The notes beneath the pieces are model-generated. The model was not told where the DNA came from, did no database searches, and saw only the letters and a list, made by a program, of their open reading frames with translations. A stretch of 63,098 bases of DNA, filler included, from an uncultured Methanosarcinales archaeon (GTDB lineage: Archaea; Nanobdellota; Nanobdellia; Woesearchaeales; CAYNLP01): assembly GCA_964398115.1 (NCBI GenBank). It is 3 parts of 3 records of this genome, joined end to end, with 100 filler letters (N's around TTAATTAATTAA, not from the genome) between each part and the next. Parts side by side here need not be neighbours in the genome. Positions count along the whole stretch, not along the records: positions 1 to 29,944 come from CAYNLP010000010.1; positions 30,045 to 58,324 come from CAYNLP010000011.1; 1 more part is not named here. One strand, written 5' to 3'. Every line of letters starts with the position of its first letter. Positions within the stretch are counted from its first letter, which is position 1. A program made the position numbers and the translations under genes. This document shows, in pieces, positions 20,630 to 30,727 of this stretch.

Positions 20630-21173
20630 ATACTTCATATTATTCTTAGTTTTGATAGTTCCGGTTCATGGAATTGTTATGAATGAAAATACTGACGAAT
20701 TGCCGAAGGGTTGTGAAGAAATAAGTGGTAGTGAGAGTATTGTGGTAAGAGCGGGGGAAATGTTTGCACGGAATGACTCTGCTATTTTTACTTATGACAG
20801 ACCAGAGGTAGAGGTTGAGCCGTGTACTAAGTTAACGGTTACTTTGGTGAATGAGGATGATGTGAGGCATCAATGGATGGTTCATGGCTTGCCTGGTGAT
20901 ACTTATCCTATGAATATGTTCACGGTAGAGGTGACTGGGCCTGGTAATGAAACGGGTACTTTCATCGTCCCGGGTGAAGATAAGACTTATAGGGTTCATT
21001 GTGGGGTTTCTCAACATGAGGATAAAGGTATGAAGATGCAGTTAGTAGTTGGTGACGGAAGTGGTGATTTAAGTCATATCCCTGGTTTGGATGATTCGGA
21101 CTATCTGTTTTTGGGTTTTGCAAGTTTAGTTGTTAGTTTTCTAGTGGTCGTGTTCTTTAACCGAAACCTTTAA
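20619..21173 (+). CDS. Membrane-anchored cupredoxin (blue copper protein)
   Basis: HQW and C-x4-H-x4-M (CGVSQHEDKGM) ligands; signal peptide and C-terminal TM. Confidence 0.85.
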   Translation: MKIEYFILFLVLIVPVHGIVMNENTDELPKGCEEISGSESIVVRAGEMFARNDSAIFTYDRPEVEVEPCTKLTVTLVNEDDVRHQWMVHGLPGDTYPMNMFTVEVTGPGNETGTFIVPGEDKTYRVHCGVSQHEDKGMKMQLVVGDGSGDLSHIPGLDDSDYLFLGFASLVVSFLVVVFFNRNL

Positions 21174-21193
21174 AAGAAAGTTGTTGTTACTAA

Positions 21194-21646
21194 GTGGTGA
21201 AAATGAAGTCTTTGAGAGACATCGTTGCAATAGCTTCAATCCCAATCGTAATAGCATGCGGTCCGGAACAAACCTTACAAGACGAGGTAGAAAATACCGA
21301 GATAGAATACACTCTAGAGGGAGACAAAAACAGTGGAACTCTAACCGCTAATGCAGGAGATTTAGAAACCACTCTACAAGGTAACTTCAACCACTTTCTT
21401 AATCCACCAGAGAAGGACAAAATTGGAAACGTACCGAGAAAATTAACAGGTCAATATAGGATCAAAGTAAACTTTGACGGAAAAGAATGCTACGTTCCAA
21501 GAGGAGAATGGGATGATGCTTCCATGAAAAAATATGAAGAAACACCTAAATGCAATGAGTACACAAGTCAAATAGCAACAAAAGCTCTACAGTTATCATT
21601 ACAAGATGCATTCCCTGAACTCGTTAAAAACTCTCGAAAACGTTAA
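21194..21646 (+). CDS. Hypothetical lipoprotein
   Basis: Short signal peptide ending IVIAC-G. Confidence 0.6.
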   Translation: MVKMKSLRDIVAIASIPIVIACGPEQTLQDEVENTEIEYTLEGDKNSGTLTANAGDLETTLQGNFNHFLNPPEKDKIGNVPRKLTGQYRIKVNFDGKECYVPRGEWDDASMKKYEETPKCNEYTSQIATKALQLSLQDAFPELVKNSRKR

Positions 21647-21672
21647 ATAAAGGTTTTAACAAATAAACAGGT

Positions 21673-22237
21673 ATGGTAATCAAATTTTTCAAAGAACGTC
21701 GATATTTACTCATTTCAATATTTCTCATCGCGTTAATGCCCTCATATAAGTCATGCAATATTCAAAATCCAGATGTTCTTTCTTATGGATTTCCGTTCTA
21801 CGCCCTAGAAGGAAGTTGGGCTGGAGCATTACCCAATTATAACCAATTATTCTGGTTCGGTCTATTCCTCAACCTTTTAATTTTAGGCGGTTTATACGTC
21901 GTCTTATACTATAAAATGGGTGAAAAAAGTTTTGATAAATTTGTGAAAGGATTTTCGATAATACCTCTTTACTTGGTAGTAACTGGTTTTCTATGGTTTT
22001 TAGAAAATTATACCCTTGGAACATCTATTCATCCGCGCACCAGCTATGGTTTTCTACAACATGGGCGAGGCTATGATGAACGTCGGTAGAGAAGGGATTA
22101 TACAATTCTTCAATTTTGGAGTTGGAGTAAGCGCAGATGGTGCAATGCGGGTTATAGTATTACTTTTTTCACTAGGAATAGGTGCTTTATGGACTTTGCT
22201 ATCAGAAAAAGAAGAAAATGAAATAAGTTTAAGTTAA
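21673..22237 (+). pseudogene. Membrane protein split into two overlapping frames (probable single-base frameshift near 22005)
   Basis: Hydrophobic ORF 21673-22089 continues in the frame of 22016-22237; removing one A from AGAAAATT restores ...WFLEIIPLEHLF... Confidence 0.55.
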
Positions 22238-22246
22238 AGATTGTTT

Positions 22247-22477
22247 TTAGACGCCTTCTCTGTCTTCAGTTCTGGCTTGTTCGTATCCTCGTACGAAACC
22301 TGCTTCGCCAGGAGTTATTTCACCGGCTTCTTCTTCATCTTGAAGTTCTTTCTCCATCTGTTTGTCCATCATGTCGTCCGGTGTGAACTGTCTTTCACAG
22401 TCCAAACATTCAAAAAGGCTTTCGTTGACGGGCGTCACGTTCGTGCTGTCGCAAAATGGGCAGTTTGTTAATTCCAT
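22247..22477 (-). CDS. Small Zn-ribbon protein with acidic tail
   Basis: CPFC...CLDC. Confidence 0.75.
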   Translation of the reverse strand: MELTNCPFCDSTNVTPVNESLFECLDCERQFTPDDMMDKQMEKELQDEEEAGEITPGEAGFVRGYEQARTEDREGV

Positions 22478-22532
22478 GCCCTTGATTTAATCCTTGTCCT
22501 TTTTAAATCTATTGAAAAATTTTACAAAATAA

Positions 22533-22554
22533 TTATTGTCTATACAGAAAAGAA
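22533..22554. promoter_or_regulatory. Repeated imperfect palindrome, copy B (TTATTGTCTATACAGAAAAGAA)
   Basis: Shares TTATTGTCTATA-Y-R-GAA with copies A and C. Confidence 0.55.
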
Positions 22555-22598
22555 TTATTCCCAAACAAATAAAATACTCAAACAATACTACACCAAAT

Positions 22599-23199
22599 AT
22601 GAAAGTTGGAATACTCTCAGACAGTCATAACAACAAAGATAATTTGAAGACTGCCATGAACGGATTGAAAGACTGCGAAGTACTAATACACTGTGGTGAT
22701 CACTGCAACGACACCATGATTAAAGCTTTGTCAAATTTCAATGGAAAAGTTCACACCTGCCTTGGAAATATGGACCGTAGAAGTTTGAAAGAGGTAAAAG
22801 TTGAAGGTGTAAAAATGCATGGGGGGAAAGGAAGTATAAAAGTTGATGATAAAAACGTTTTCTTCAACCATTATCCTAGAAAAGCTGAGGAAATGGCAGA
22901 AACAGGGGAGTAAGTAATGAAACCCTGTTTCTTAAAACAAAATAATTATGAAACAAAACGATGTATTTTGGGGTGTCATCCCCCGCCAAAATATCAATGT
23001 TAAAGTCGGAACAGATATATATAGAAAAGAAGCGGATCATCTGTATCNNNNNNNNNNCGGCCACACCCACATTGCGAGGAAAGAAAGAATAAAAAAGACG
23101 TGGGTTGTAAATCCAGGTGAGATAGTTGGACGAAAAGGAAAACCTTCATATGCAGTATACGATACAGAAAAGGACGAAGTAAAAATCATTGGATTCTGA
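22599..23199 (+). CDS. YfcE/MJ0936-family metallophosphoesterase, interrupted by a >=136-bp insert and an assembly gap
   Basis: SDSH, HCGD, GNMD and NHYP before 22911; GHTH and NPG after the gap at 23048-23057. Confidence 0.85.
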
Positions 23200-23201
23200 A
23201 A

Positions 23202-24134
23202 CTATTTCAAAATCTTGTTTTTAGTCTTGAAGTGTAACTTTGCTACTTTCTCCAAGTCTTGTTCAGAATGTTTTTTCACAAATTCTTTCCCCGCTTCAAC
23301 AACGTTTCCTCCCGCACCTTTCGGCAACTCCACGTTCCAATTCATGCCCAATCCGGAGAGTTTCATCAAGAATTCACTCCTGGCGAGGATGGAAGCCGCG
23401 GCCACAGCCACGTTTTGCTCGGCTCTGACTTCCTGAACTAATCTAACATCTTTACCATGCTCCATCAACTCATCCCTGATATGACTTTCACTACCAAACT
23501 TGTCGCTAATAACCGCGTCCGGCTCCACCCCCTCTTCCAACAAGTCTTCCATCGCACGAGCATGCGCCCAACCCATTAAATAATTCAAATTACCAAAATC
23601 TTCATACAAACGGTTATACGTCTCCGGCGGTAACCTGACAAGGCTGTAATTACACATCCCCTTGATCCTATCCGCCAACTTAGCCACTTTGTCATCACTT
23701 ATCTTCTTGCTATCAGTAATCCCCCACTTCAATAAAGTGTCTCTAGTATCTTTATCTTTTACGTAGACGGCGGCGATGACTAAAGGTCCAAAAAAATCAC
23801 CTTTGCCACTTTCATCAGTACCAATAACGTTGTAGTCTTGAACATCTTTAGCTTTCGACTTTTTCTTCTCCTTAATATCTACCAATTCAGAAACTGCTTC
23901 TTTAACTATTTCCCTACAACTTTTAGAAACTTGACTGTCATCCACCGTAGTACCTGACTTAGACTTGTAAAAACGAAGATGACCGCACGGCTTATCATCT
24001 TTTTGCAGGCGATATTGAATGTGGTGTTCGAACTTCTTCATATCACTAATTTCAAAACCTGAATTTTCGAGTAACACTTTTGCTTTTTCGGAACATTCTT
24101 TAAAATCCAGATTGGACTTCATACTGTAACTCAT
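23202..24134 (-). CDS. rnhC: Ribonuclease HIII
   Basis: IGTDESGKGDFFGPL (GKGD rather than the RNase HII GRG), DSKK, YNRLY, AAASILAR, LPKGA and AKLHF; ~90-aa N-terminal extension. Confidence 0.88.
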   Translation of the reverse strand: MSYSMKSNLDFKECSEKAKVLLENSGFEISDMKKFEHHIQYRLQKDDKPCGHLRFYKSKSGTTVDDSQVSKSCREIVKEAVSELVDIKEKKKSKAKDVQDYNVIGTDESGKGDFFGPLVIAAVYVKDKDTRDTLLKWGITDSKKISDDKVAKLADRIKGMCNYSLVRLPPETYNRLYEDFGNLNYLMGWAHARAMEDLLEEGVEPDAVISDKFGSESHIRDELMEHGKDVRLVQEVRAEQNVAVAAASILARSEFLMKLSGLGMNWNVELPKGAGGNVVEAGKEFVKKHSEQDLEKVAKLHFKTKNKILK

Positions 24135-24224
24135 AGACTGGAACTTAGTAATCTATTTTATAAAAAATTATTCCAAAAAATATTGATGAAAGTTATTTAA
24201 GAGGCTAAATCATACGTTTTAAAC

Positions 24225-24731
24225 ATGATAAGAAACGTAAGAGATGATTTTAAACCGAAAGGATACGCGGAAGAGAGTGAATTTTACCAGGCGCTAGTTG
24301 ACGAAGTTGTAAGTATTTGCAGAGAACATGGACAATTAAATGCGACTGGAAAGTTTCGAAAGACAAATGTAAATAGAGTTGCTAATCCTTTGCAGGAAGG
24401 TTTATATTCTGTCATAGACGAATATCATCCTTTATTCTTGGTAGACTTTGATAGTGTTGTTTCTACCTATTTACTTCCTAAGAGTAGATCAAAAAGGAGA
24501 AAAGATATTATAAGTTTAGTGGAGGAAGCTGATAACGGATTATCCAGTATTGTGTTAGACGACGCAGTTAGAAAGTTCAACTCAGAAGTTAATCAAGTCA
24601 TCATGGCTAATCGTGGAGGCAACAGTACGAAAAGAGAATTGTTTTACACTTCGGATAGTGATTTGGAGGAATTCGTACAAGCCCGTATTGAGGAAATAAA
24701 CGTTAGGTTTGACGCTTCACCACCCTGGTAA
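24225..24731 (+). CDS. Hypothetical protein
   Basis: 168-aa ORF; no motif recognised. Confidence 0.6.
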   Translation: MIRNVRDDFKPKGYAEESEFYQALVDEVVSICREHGQLNATGKFRKTNVNRVANPLQEGLYSVIDEYHPLFLVDFDSVVSTYLLPKSRSKRRKDIISLVEEADNGLSSIVLDDAVRKFNSEVNQVIMANRGGNSTKRELFYTSDSDLEEFVQARIEEINVRFDASPPW

Positions 24732-25505
24732 ATCATCATGTCTTTCTTGTAAAGCTGTCAGAACATCCTTTTGATATCTCCACATATCTTCTAAACTATT
24801 AACTTGTGGGGGGTGAGTTACGAGGTAATCAAGTCCTTCCCTGCCGTATTTATCCAATATAGGCTCTACAATTTCATAACCGGTATGATATCTTAATTTG
24901 AAACTGTTTAATTCATCCAATCCTTGAGACAAATCCAAATGTTCTCGAGAAGAACCTCCATCTTTTTGCATGTAAGTCGCTATACCTTCACTTATCATAT
25001 TTACCGTCATGTAATCCAGTTCAATCTCCTTCCATATATCCTTTGGCCAAATTTTCATATTAGAAAGGCTTATCATAGCAACGGTGGATGTGGTGATACT
25101 TGGAAAGTAGGATTTCGGCCAAGAGACGTTTTTTAATTCTTCACTACGCCTGTCAGCGTAAGCGTGTGCTAATTCATGTCTAAGAACAATACGAGTTTGT
25201 CTTTTTTCCTTTTCTGTAAATTTACCTCTAGAGGTGTCACTCAATATGCTGGGTGCGTATAATGTTATTCTTTCTCTATCTTCATCCTCATATTTTCCGT
25301 TTAGATTTAATTCTTTATGAGAAACCGTTATAGGAGGTGGTTGCAAGTCAATATTGAACGTTTCTTCTTGACTCTTAACTATCTGTTCGAGGTCATTCTC
25401 AACATAATTTTGGAGTTTTTCTGATTCGCTTTCTGTAATCATCGATGTGGTAGCGATTCCTGCACTCGCTAAGCCTGTAATCAACCATTTCTTCCAATTC
25501 TTCAT
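24717..25505 (-). CDS. Secreted or anchored zincin-type metallopeptidase
   Basis: N-terminal hydrophobic segment; HELAH and downstream EGIA. Confidence 0.75.
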   Translation of the reverse strand: MKNWKKWLITGLASAGIATTSMITESESEKLQNYVENDLEQIVKSQEETFNIDLQPPPITVSHKELNLNGKYEDEDRERITLYAPSILSDTSRGKFTEKEKRQTRIVLRHELAHAYADRRSEELKNVSWPKSYFPSITTSTVAMISLSNMKIWPKDIWKEIELDYMTVNMISEGIATYMQKDGGSSREHLDLSQGLDELNSFKLRYHTGYEIVEPILDKYGREGLDYLVTHPPQVNSLEDMWRYQKDVLTALQERHDDLPGW

Positions 25506-25613
25506 TTATTCAACTCCCTGAAAAACTCACCTCACAAATTCTTTTATGAAGATGGTATATATTTTTTTCGAAAAAAAGAGGATTAATAAAAACACACTTT
25601 ATTAAGGAAAAAC

Positions 25614-26189
25614 ATGAATGTAGAAAAGTTGTTAGATTTTTTGAAAGAATGTGAAGATTTGAAAAACGTTTATCGTTCCTTATACGTTTCCGAAGGAGAT
25701 AGGCATGAGAGCACTGCAGAACATAGTTGGCACCTTGCCTTGGCTTGTATGTTGTTTGCAGAGAAGTTTGATGCTGACTTAGAGAAAATGTTGAAACTTG
25801 CCGTTATGCATGACCTGGTTGAAGTAATAACTGGTGATGTTTCTGCTTTTGATTTTGAGGCTAGGAAAGGTAAGGAAGAGAGGGAGAGAAAAGCTGCTAA
25901 GGAATTGTTTGGTGAACTTCCTGAGAGTTTCGAAAAAGAATTTTTTAGATTATTTGAAGAGTATGAAGGTAAGAGTTCTAGGGAAGCGAAGTTGGTTAAT
26001 AGTTTAGATAAGATGCTTCCTATAATTCAAAACATTTGTAGTGGTGGTAAGAGTTGGGAAGTTGATGAAATAAGTTATGAGGATATTGAAAGTATAAAGA
26101 GGGGTCATATGGAGCATGATGATGAAGTTCTTGAAATGTATGAGTTGTTATTGAGAGAAGCAGATAGGAAGGATTTGTTTGCAGATTAA
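25614..26189 (+). CDS. HD-domain phosphohydrolase (YfbR/HDDC2-like)
   Basis: ESTAEHSW, MHDLVE and LDK motifs. Confidence 0.92.
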   Translation: MNVEKLLDFLKECEDLKNVYRSLYVSEGDRHESTAEHSWHLALACMLFAEKFDADLEKMLKLAVMHDLVEVITGDVSAFDFEARKGKEERERKAAKELFGELPESFEKEFFRLFEEYEGKSSREAKLVNSLDKMLPIIQNICSGGKSWEVDEISYEDIESIKRGHMEHDDEVLEMYELLLREADRKDLFAD

Positions 26190-26225
26190 AATTTAAATAT
26201 TTCTTTTCACATACACTCTTTTGTT

Positions 26226-26561
26226 ATGATTGAAAGCTATGATTTTGGACGTATGAACGTTGATGGTGAAAGTCACACGAATGATTTGAAAATTTTTCCT
26301 GAAACGGTGAAAGGTAATTGGTGGCGTGACGAGGGTCACTTGTTACAAGTTCAGGATTTAGAAGATGTTTTTGAATACGAACCTGACTTGTTAATAATCG
26401 GACAGGGTTATAATGGTCGTATGAAAGTTAGTGATGAAGTTATTGAAAGGTTGGAAAGTGAGGGTATTGATTACATTGCTAAGAAAAGCACTGAGGCTGT
26501 GGAAGAGTTTAACGAAAGGCAAGGCGATGGAGTTGTCGGCGTTTTCCATCTTACCTGTTAG
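26226..26561 (+). CDS. Mth938-like (DUF498) protein
   Basis: IESYDFG, WWRDEGH, IIGQG and FHLTC motifs. Confidence 0.92.
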   Translation: MIESYDFGRMNVDGESHTNDLKIFPETVKGNWWRDEGHLLQVQDLEDVFEYEPDLLIIGQGYNGRMKVSDEVIERLESEGIDYIAKKSTEAVEEFNERQGDGVVGVFHLTC

Positions 26562-27211
26562 TTCTTGAATGCGATAACTTTCAAATTTTCATGTTCTTCT
26601 CTATTGTTTCCTCTCGTTTTTACTGTGTATCCTAGTTTTTCTAAAGTGTTCACGACTTGTTCTTCTTTTACAATATGGTGTTTGTGTATTTCGTGTACGT
26701 CTTGGCTTTTTATCTCTATATCTGAGATTAGCTTGTCTCCTTTTCTTTTCATACTTACTTCTTTGAATTCTCCAAAGTTGTCGTTGAAATTGTTAGGGAT
26801 TAAATTTTCGGTGAAGGCTATGTCGAATACTAAAATTTTTGTTGCGTGTTGGTCCATGTTTTCTAGTGCTTTTTCAAAATCTTCTTGTACGTAGCTGAGT
26901 ACGCTGTCCATGGCTATGACTGCGTCGTACTTTTCTAAGGAGAATTCTTTGACATCGCCAACGTGGAATTCTAGTTTGGGGTATTTTTTTCGTGCGTATT
27001 CTATCATGTTCTTGCTTTTGTCAATTCCTATAACTTTGTATCCTTTATCGTTGAGGAGTTTGGGTATTCGTCCTGTACCGCATCCCACGTCTAACACGGT
27101 TTTTACATCATTTTCTGAGAATATTTCGTCTAGTTTTTCTACAGTTTCTTGGTAATATTTTTCAGATCGGAGGTAGTCGTATATTTTTACAAAGTTTTCT
27201 TGGTAGGGCAT
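26558..27211 (-). CDS. Class I SAM-dependent methyltransferase
   Basis: VLDVGCGTG motif. Confidence 0.9.
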   Translation of the reverse strand: MPYQENFVKIYDYLRSEKYYQETVEKLDEIFSENDVKTVLDVGCGTGRIPKLLNDKGYKVIGIDKSKNMIEYARKKYPKLEFHVGDVKEFSLEKYDAVIAMDSVLSYVQEDFEKALENMDQHATKILVFDIAFTENLIPNNFNDNFGEFKEVSMKRKGDKLISDIEIKSQDVHEIHKHHIVKEEQVVNTLEKLGYTVKTRGNNREEHENLKVIAFKN

Positions 27212-27537
27212 TATTTTTTGTAAGGTTTATCTAGGTTATAATTGCTTTGGTTTAGGTGGAGAAAGAGTGCGGCTTTTGAGATGTGTTCTTTTTTTCCTAT
27301 TCTTATCGCTGTTTTGACATGTTCTGAACTTAGTCCATTTCCGTCCCATCTTCCTTTGTCTTCTAGTTTTTTGCAAATGTCTGAGAGTGTTTGCATGTCT
27401 TTCTTAATGCAGTCTCTTAGGAGTTCGTTTTCGCTATCTTTGTATGGTATTGGACTTATTGATTTGTTTCTTGGGAATACTTGTGTGATGTATTGTGGTT
27501 TTAGTTTGTCTAGTGTTTTTGGCCTTGTCATTTTCAT
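27211..27537 (-). CDS. Hypothetical protein
   Basis: 108-aa ORF whose stop overlaps the methyltransferase start. Confidence 0.55.
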   Translation of the reverse strand: MKMTRPKTLDKLKPQYITQVFPRNKSISPIPYKDSENELLRDCIKKDMQTLSDICKKLEDKGRWDGNGLSSEHVKTAIRIGKKEHISKAALFLHLNQSNYNLDKPYKK

Positions 27538-27641
27538 TTTATGGAAGTAACCTTTTCCTTTATAAACTTTGCCTTTTTATTACTTTATAGTGGTTAATAA
27601 TAGTAGCTTTTATATATGTATTTTTCTTTCCATAACAAATA

Positions 27642-28313
27642 ATGACTCAAAGACAACTAAACCTCAATGAAAGAATCGAAAAAGATAACATAACAAAAAT
27701 TAGACACTTAGCCGAAGACAACAAGCCTTTAGAAGAAAGACTAAAAGACGGAAAACCCTTAGTAAAAGGCTTAGATGAATTATTTTACTTTTTCTCCAAC
27801 GATAAACAACAAGAAAAAAGCAGGTTTGTAGTTCCCCAACTAAGAGACGATTATGAAGAAAGACTAGTTGATTATAAAGAACTAACTGATGAACTAGACC
27901 TAGCCAGCACTTTTGAAAGACGAAGATTAGAAAGTGAAAGAAACTTAGATTTCGACAACGCACAAGGATATAAAATTAAAGGAATGAAAGATGGATTCCC
28001 AGGAGGCCATCTCCAAGCCAATATTTTACAGTCTAATCTGAGAAGATACCGAAATAGATCTTTGCTAACACTAGGATTATATGGATTAGGTAGCGTAACC
28101 ATGTTAACTGGTTTATCACTATGGGGAGATCAAGGCCCTTGGTCTGAACTCCTATTAGTCGGAGGTGGCTCAAGTTTAGGAGTTGGAGGACTTGTAGAAG
28201 TAGATAACTACGCTGGTTACGAAAACGCTAAGAAGCAATACAAAGGCATGAGAATGAAGCTTGGAAGAGCAGATAGGTTTATACAAGATTACAGAGAAGA
28301 ATTAAATCAATAA
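27642..28313 (+). CDS. Hypothetical protein with two Gly-rich hydrophobic segments
   Basis: LLTLGLYGLGSVTMLTGL and LLLVGGGSSLGVGGLV. Confidence 0.65.
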   Translation: MTQRQLNLNERIEKDNITKIRHLAEDNKPLEERLKDGKPLVKGLDELFYFFSNDKQQEKSRFVVPQLRDDYEERLVDYKELTDELDLASTFERRRLESERNLDFDNAQGYKIKGMKDGFPGGHLQANILQSNLRRYRNRSLLTLGLYGLGSVTMLTGLSLWGDQGPWSELLLVGGGSSLGVGGLVEVDNYAGYENAKKQYKGMRMKLGRADRFIQDYREELNQ

Positions 28314-28946
28314 TTATCTATCATAATCTAATCGAGCTTGCTCCCTCTTTAAAACCCTCTCCGGTCCGTTATGAGTAGTTTTAGCCTTGACAAAAGGTTT
28401 AAACTCACCATCTTCTTCAACCCACTTTCCAGGCGCTCTCAAAGTATCCATAGTTATAGGAGGAAGATAACTTCTAACCTTTTCTCTCACATTAACTTCT
28501 CCTGGCCAATCTTGTTCTAAAACACCTCTACCACCGTGTTCCATCATTAGTAAAGTTCCGATATCATCATTTCTCAAAGTGTCAGTATTAACATCCTGCC
28601 AGCGGAAAAACCTACTGTGTGAAACTCCAGGAGGGATTATTATCAAACCATACGCGTAGTGATGATCTAAACTATTTTCGCGCCTATACCAAGATTGAGC
28701 GAAGTCATTAACAGCTTGGCCGAATCTGCCAAAGCCGAAACTTTCCTTATCTAGATCTTCCTTTCTATAATCCAAAAGTTCTACTTCCTCACCTTCATGG
28801 ATGTCTACGAAATCACTAGAGCTATATCTAAAAAGTGGCGGATTGTAAATTTGCTCAACTACATCAATCCTTACCTCTTGAAGTATTTCTTCTAAACTTT
28901 CCAAATCATATTTATCAAGTCTAGAGAGTTTGTCTTTTAAACTCAT
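28314..28946 (-). CDS. Hypothetical protein
   Basis: 210-aa ORF. Confidence 0.6.
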   Translation of the reverse strand: MSLKDKLSRLDKYDLESLEEILQEVRIDVVEQIYNPPLFRYSSSDFVDIHEGEEVELLDYRKEDLDKESFGFGRFGQAVNDFAQSWYRRENSLDHHYAYGLIIIPPGVSHSRFFRWQDVNTDTLRNDDIGTLLMMEHGGRGVLEQDWPGEVNVREKVRSYLPPITMDTLRAPGKWVEEDGEFKPFVKAKTTHNGPERVLKREQARLDYDR

Positions 28947-28986
28947 TTCAGCTAAATGCTAGAATATCAACTTTTTAAATTTAACC

Positions 28987-29944
28987 CTAACAAGCGCGGG
29001 TTAGGAAATTGTACAATATGCTATAATATTCATCGATTTTATCTATATTCAAATATTCCTGATCGCTATGGATGTTACCACCTAAAGGATTTGTCAAGAC
29101 CGCGGGTATCCCAGCCTGTGAGAATAATCTTGCATCGCTACCACCATGGTCGAAAGTTAGAACTGGTTCTTCTTCCATTATTTCCTCGCTTACATCAAGC
29201 AATTCCTGAATGTACGGGTTTTCTTCATCTGTTAGGAAAACCGGGGCGCTTTCTAAAACCTCTACTTCAACATTACCGATTTCCTCACATATGCTTTTAA
29301 TCTTATCAATTATCTCACCAGGTGTTTCAAAATCAGTATATCTTATGTCAAAGAGCATTTGTGCCTCGCCAGGTATCTTGTTAGGAGCTTCCCCTCCGTT
29401 CATCATGGACAAATTTAAAGTGCGCTCCCATGAACCGCTTTCGTGAGGTTTGAAATCTTCTTTTACAATGTTGTATGCTTTCATCAATTGCTCCAAAGCA
29501 TTTACTCCTTCCCACGGTCTGCTACCATGACCTCCACTGCTATGAGCAGTTAATTTAACTTGAAGTACGCCTTTAGCTTTAGTAACATACCGGTTTAGGC
29601 TTCCACCGTCGCTTACAATGGCAAAGTCACAATTCAAACCTTGACCTAGTACGTGCCCGACTCCATTGTATCCTCCTTGTTCTTCATCTCCTGTTGCTAA
29701 TAATGCAATGTTTGGCTTGTTTTCCATCTTTGAAAGTTCTTTAACTAATACCATAAGGATGGCTAGTGGTCCTTTGTCATCTAACACGCCTCTTCCATGC
29801 ATTAAATTACCGTCTATTTGGGGTGTGAACAAATTCTCTATGGCTGGAACTACGTCAAAGTGAGCGTTTAATAGAATGGTTGGAGTGGTAGTTTCGTATG
29901 TACTGATTAAAACACTTGGTATGTCGTTTTTTTCAAATCTTTTA
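28987..29944 (-). CDS. M20/DapE/ArgE family metallopeptidase (5'-truncated at contig end)
   Basis: NAHFDVVP upstream in frame; GRGVLDDKG, DEEQGG, GGSDAR and HSDQE motifs. Confidence 0.92.
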
Positions 29945-30044
29945 NNNNNNNNNNNNNNNNNNNNNNNNNNNNNNNNNNNNNNNNNNNNTTAATTAATTAA
30001 NNNNNNNNNNNNNNNNNNNNNNNNNNNNNNNNNNNNNNNNNNNN
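29945..30044. other. Artificial contig linker
   Basis: N-run / TTAATTAATTAA (stop codons in all six frames) / N-run, 100 nt. Confidence 0.97.
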
Positions 30045-30687
30045 CTGTCTCTAAACTTGCACCCCAATAACTCGCCATATTTATGGCACTGTCAACAGTG
30101 ACCTTCGCACCCAGGATAACTAGGGCTAGAGAACCCAAGAACTTCATAACAGTGGCAATTCCCGTCGTCCAAACATCTTCTTCAATCTCTCTCCTCGCTT
30201 CCTCCTCTTCCTCTTCTACAATTTTCTGGATGATTCCTTTTTTGTTCAAAAAGTAAATACTACCTGCATACGCCGCTATCAATATGAATCCATGAATTAT
30301 TGTAAGTTCGGAAGTAAATACTATGATAGAAGTTAGAGCGATACAAATCGCTAAAATTTTCAACAAGCTCATCTCGTCTTTTCTTTTAACTTCTAAAACT
30401 CCTGCCGCAAGAATTGAAATCCCTAATATTAGGGTCATGTTGATAAAACTAGCTCCAAACAAGTTGCCAACGGATAGAGCAGATGCTTGGCTCGCGCTGG
30501 AAATAATGGCAGTGACTATCTCTGGCAAGCCAGTGCTCACACTCATTATTAGGAATCCAACTACGAAATTTGAAACGTTTAAGATCTCGGCGAGTTCAAT
30601 CGCGTAACGGACGGTTTTATCACCCGCTAGCCAAAGCAGGGCTAAGCCTGAAATGAGAATTGATATTTGTGTGAATAAATCAACCAT
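30045..30687 (-). CDS. Na+/Ca2+ (CaCA) exchanger family protein, 3'-truncated
   Basis: STGLPE and GNLFGA alpha-repeat motifs. Confidence 0.88.
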
Positions 30688-30727
30688 GTTTTTGTTTTCT
30701 CCAAAGTGAGTATTTAAACCTGACGCA

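Noticed and set aside
21990..22030. Possible programmed frameshift in a membrane protein gene
   Set aside because: A single extra A in a short homopolymer explains it; no slippery heptamer or stimulatory structure was seen.
29989..30000. TTAATTAATTAA palindrome, repeated at 58369-58380
   Set aside because: Embedded in N runs; an artificial six-frame-stop linker. Gene adjacency across these linkers is not biological evidence.
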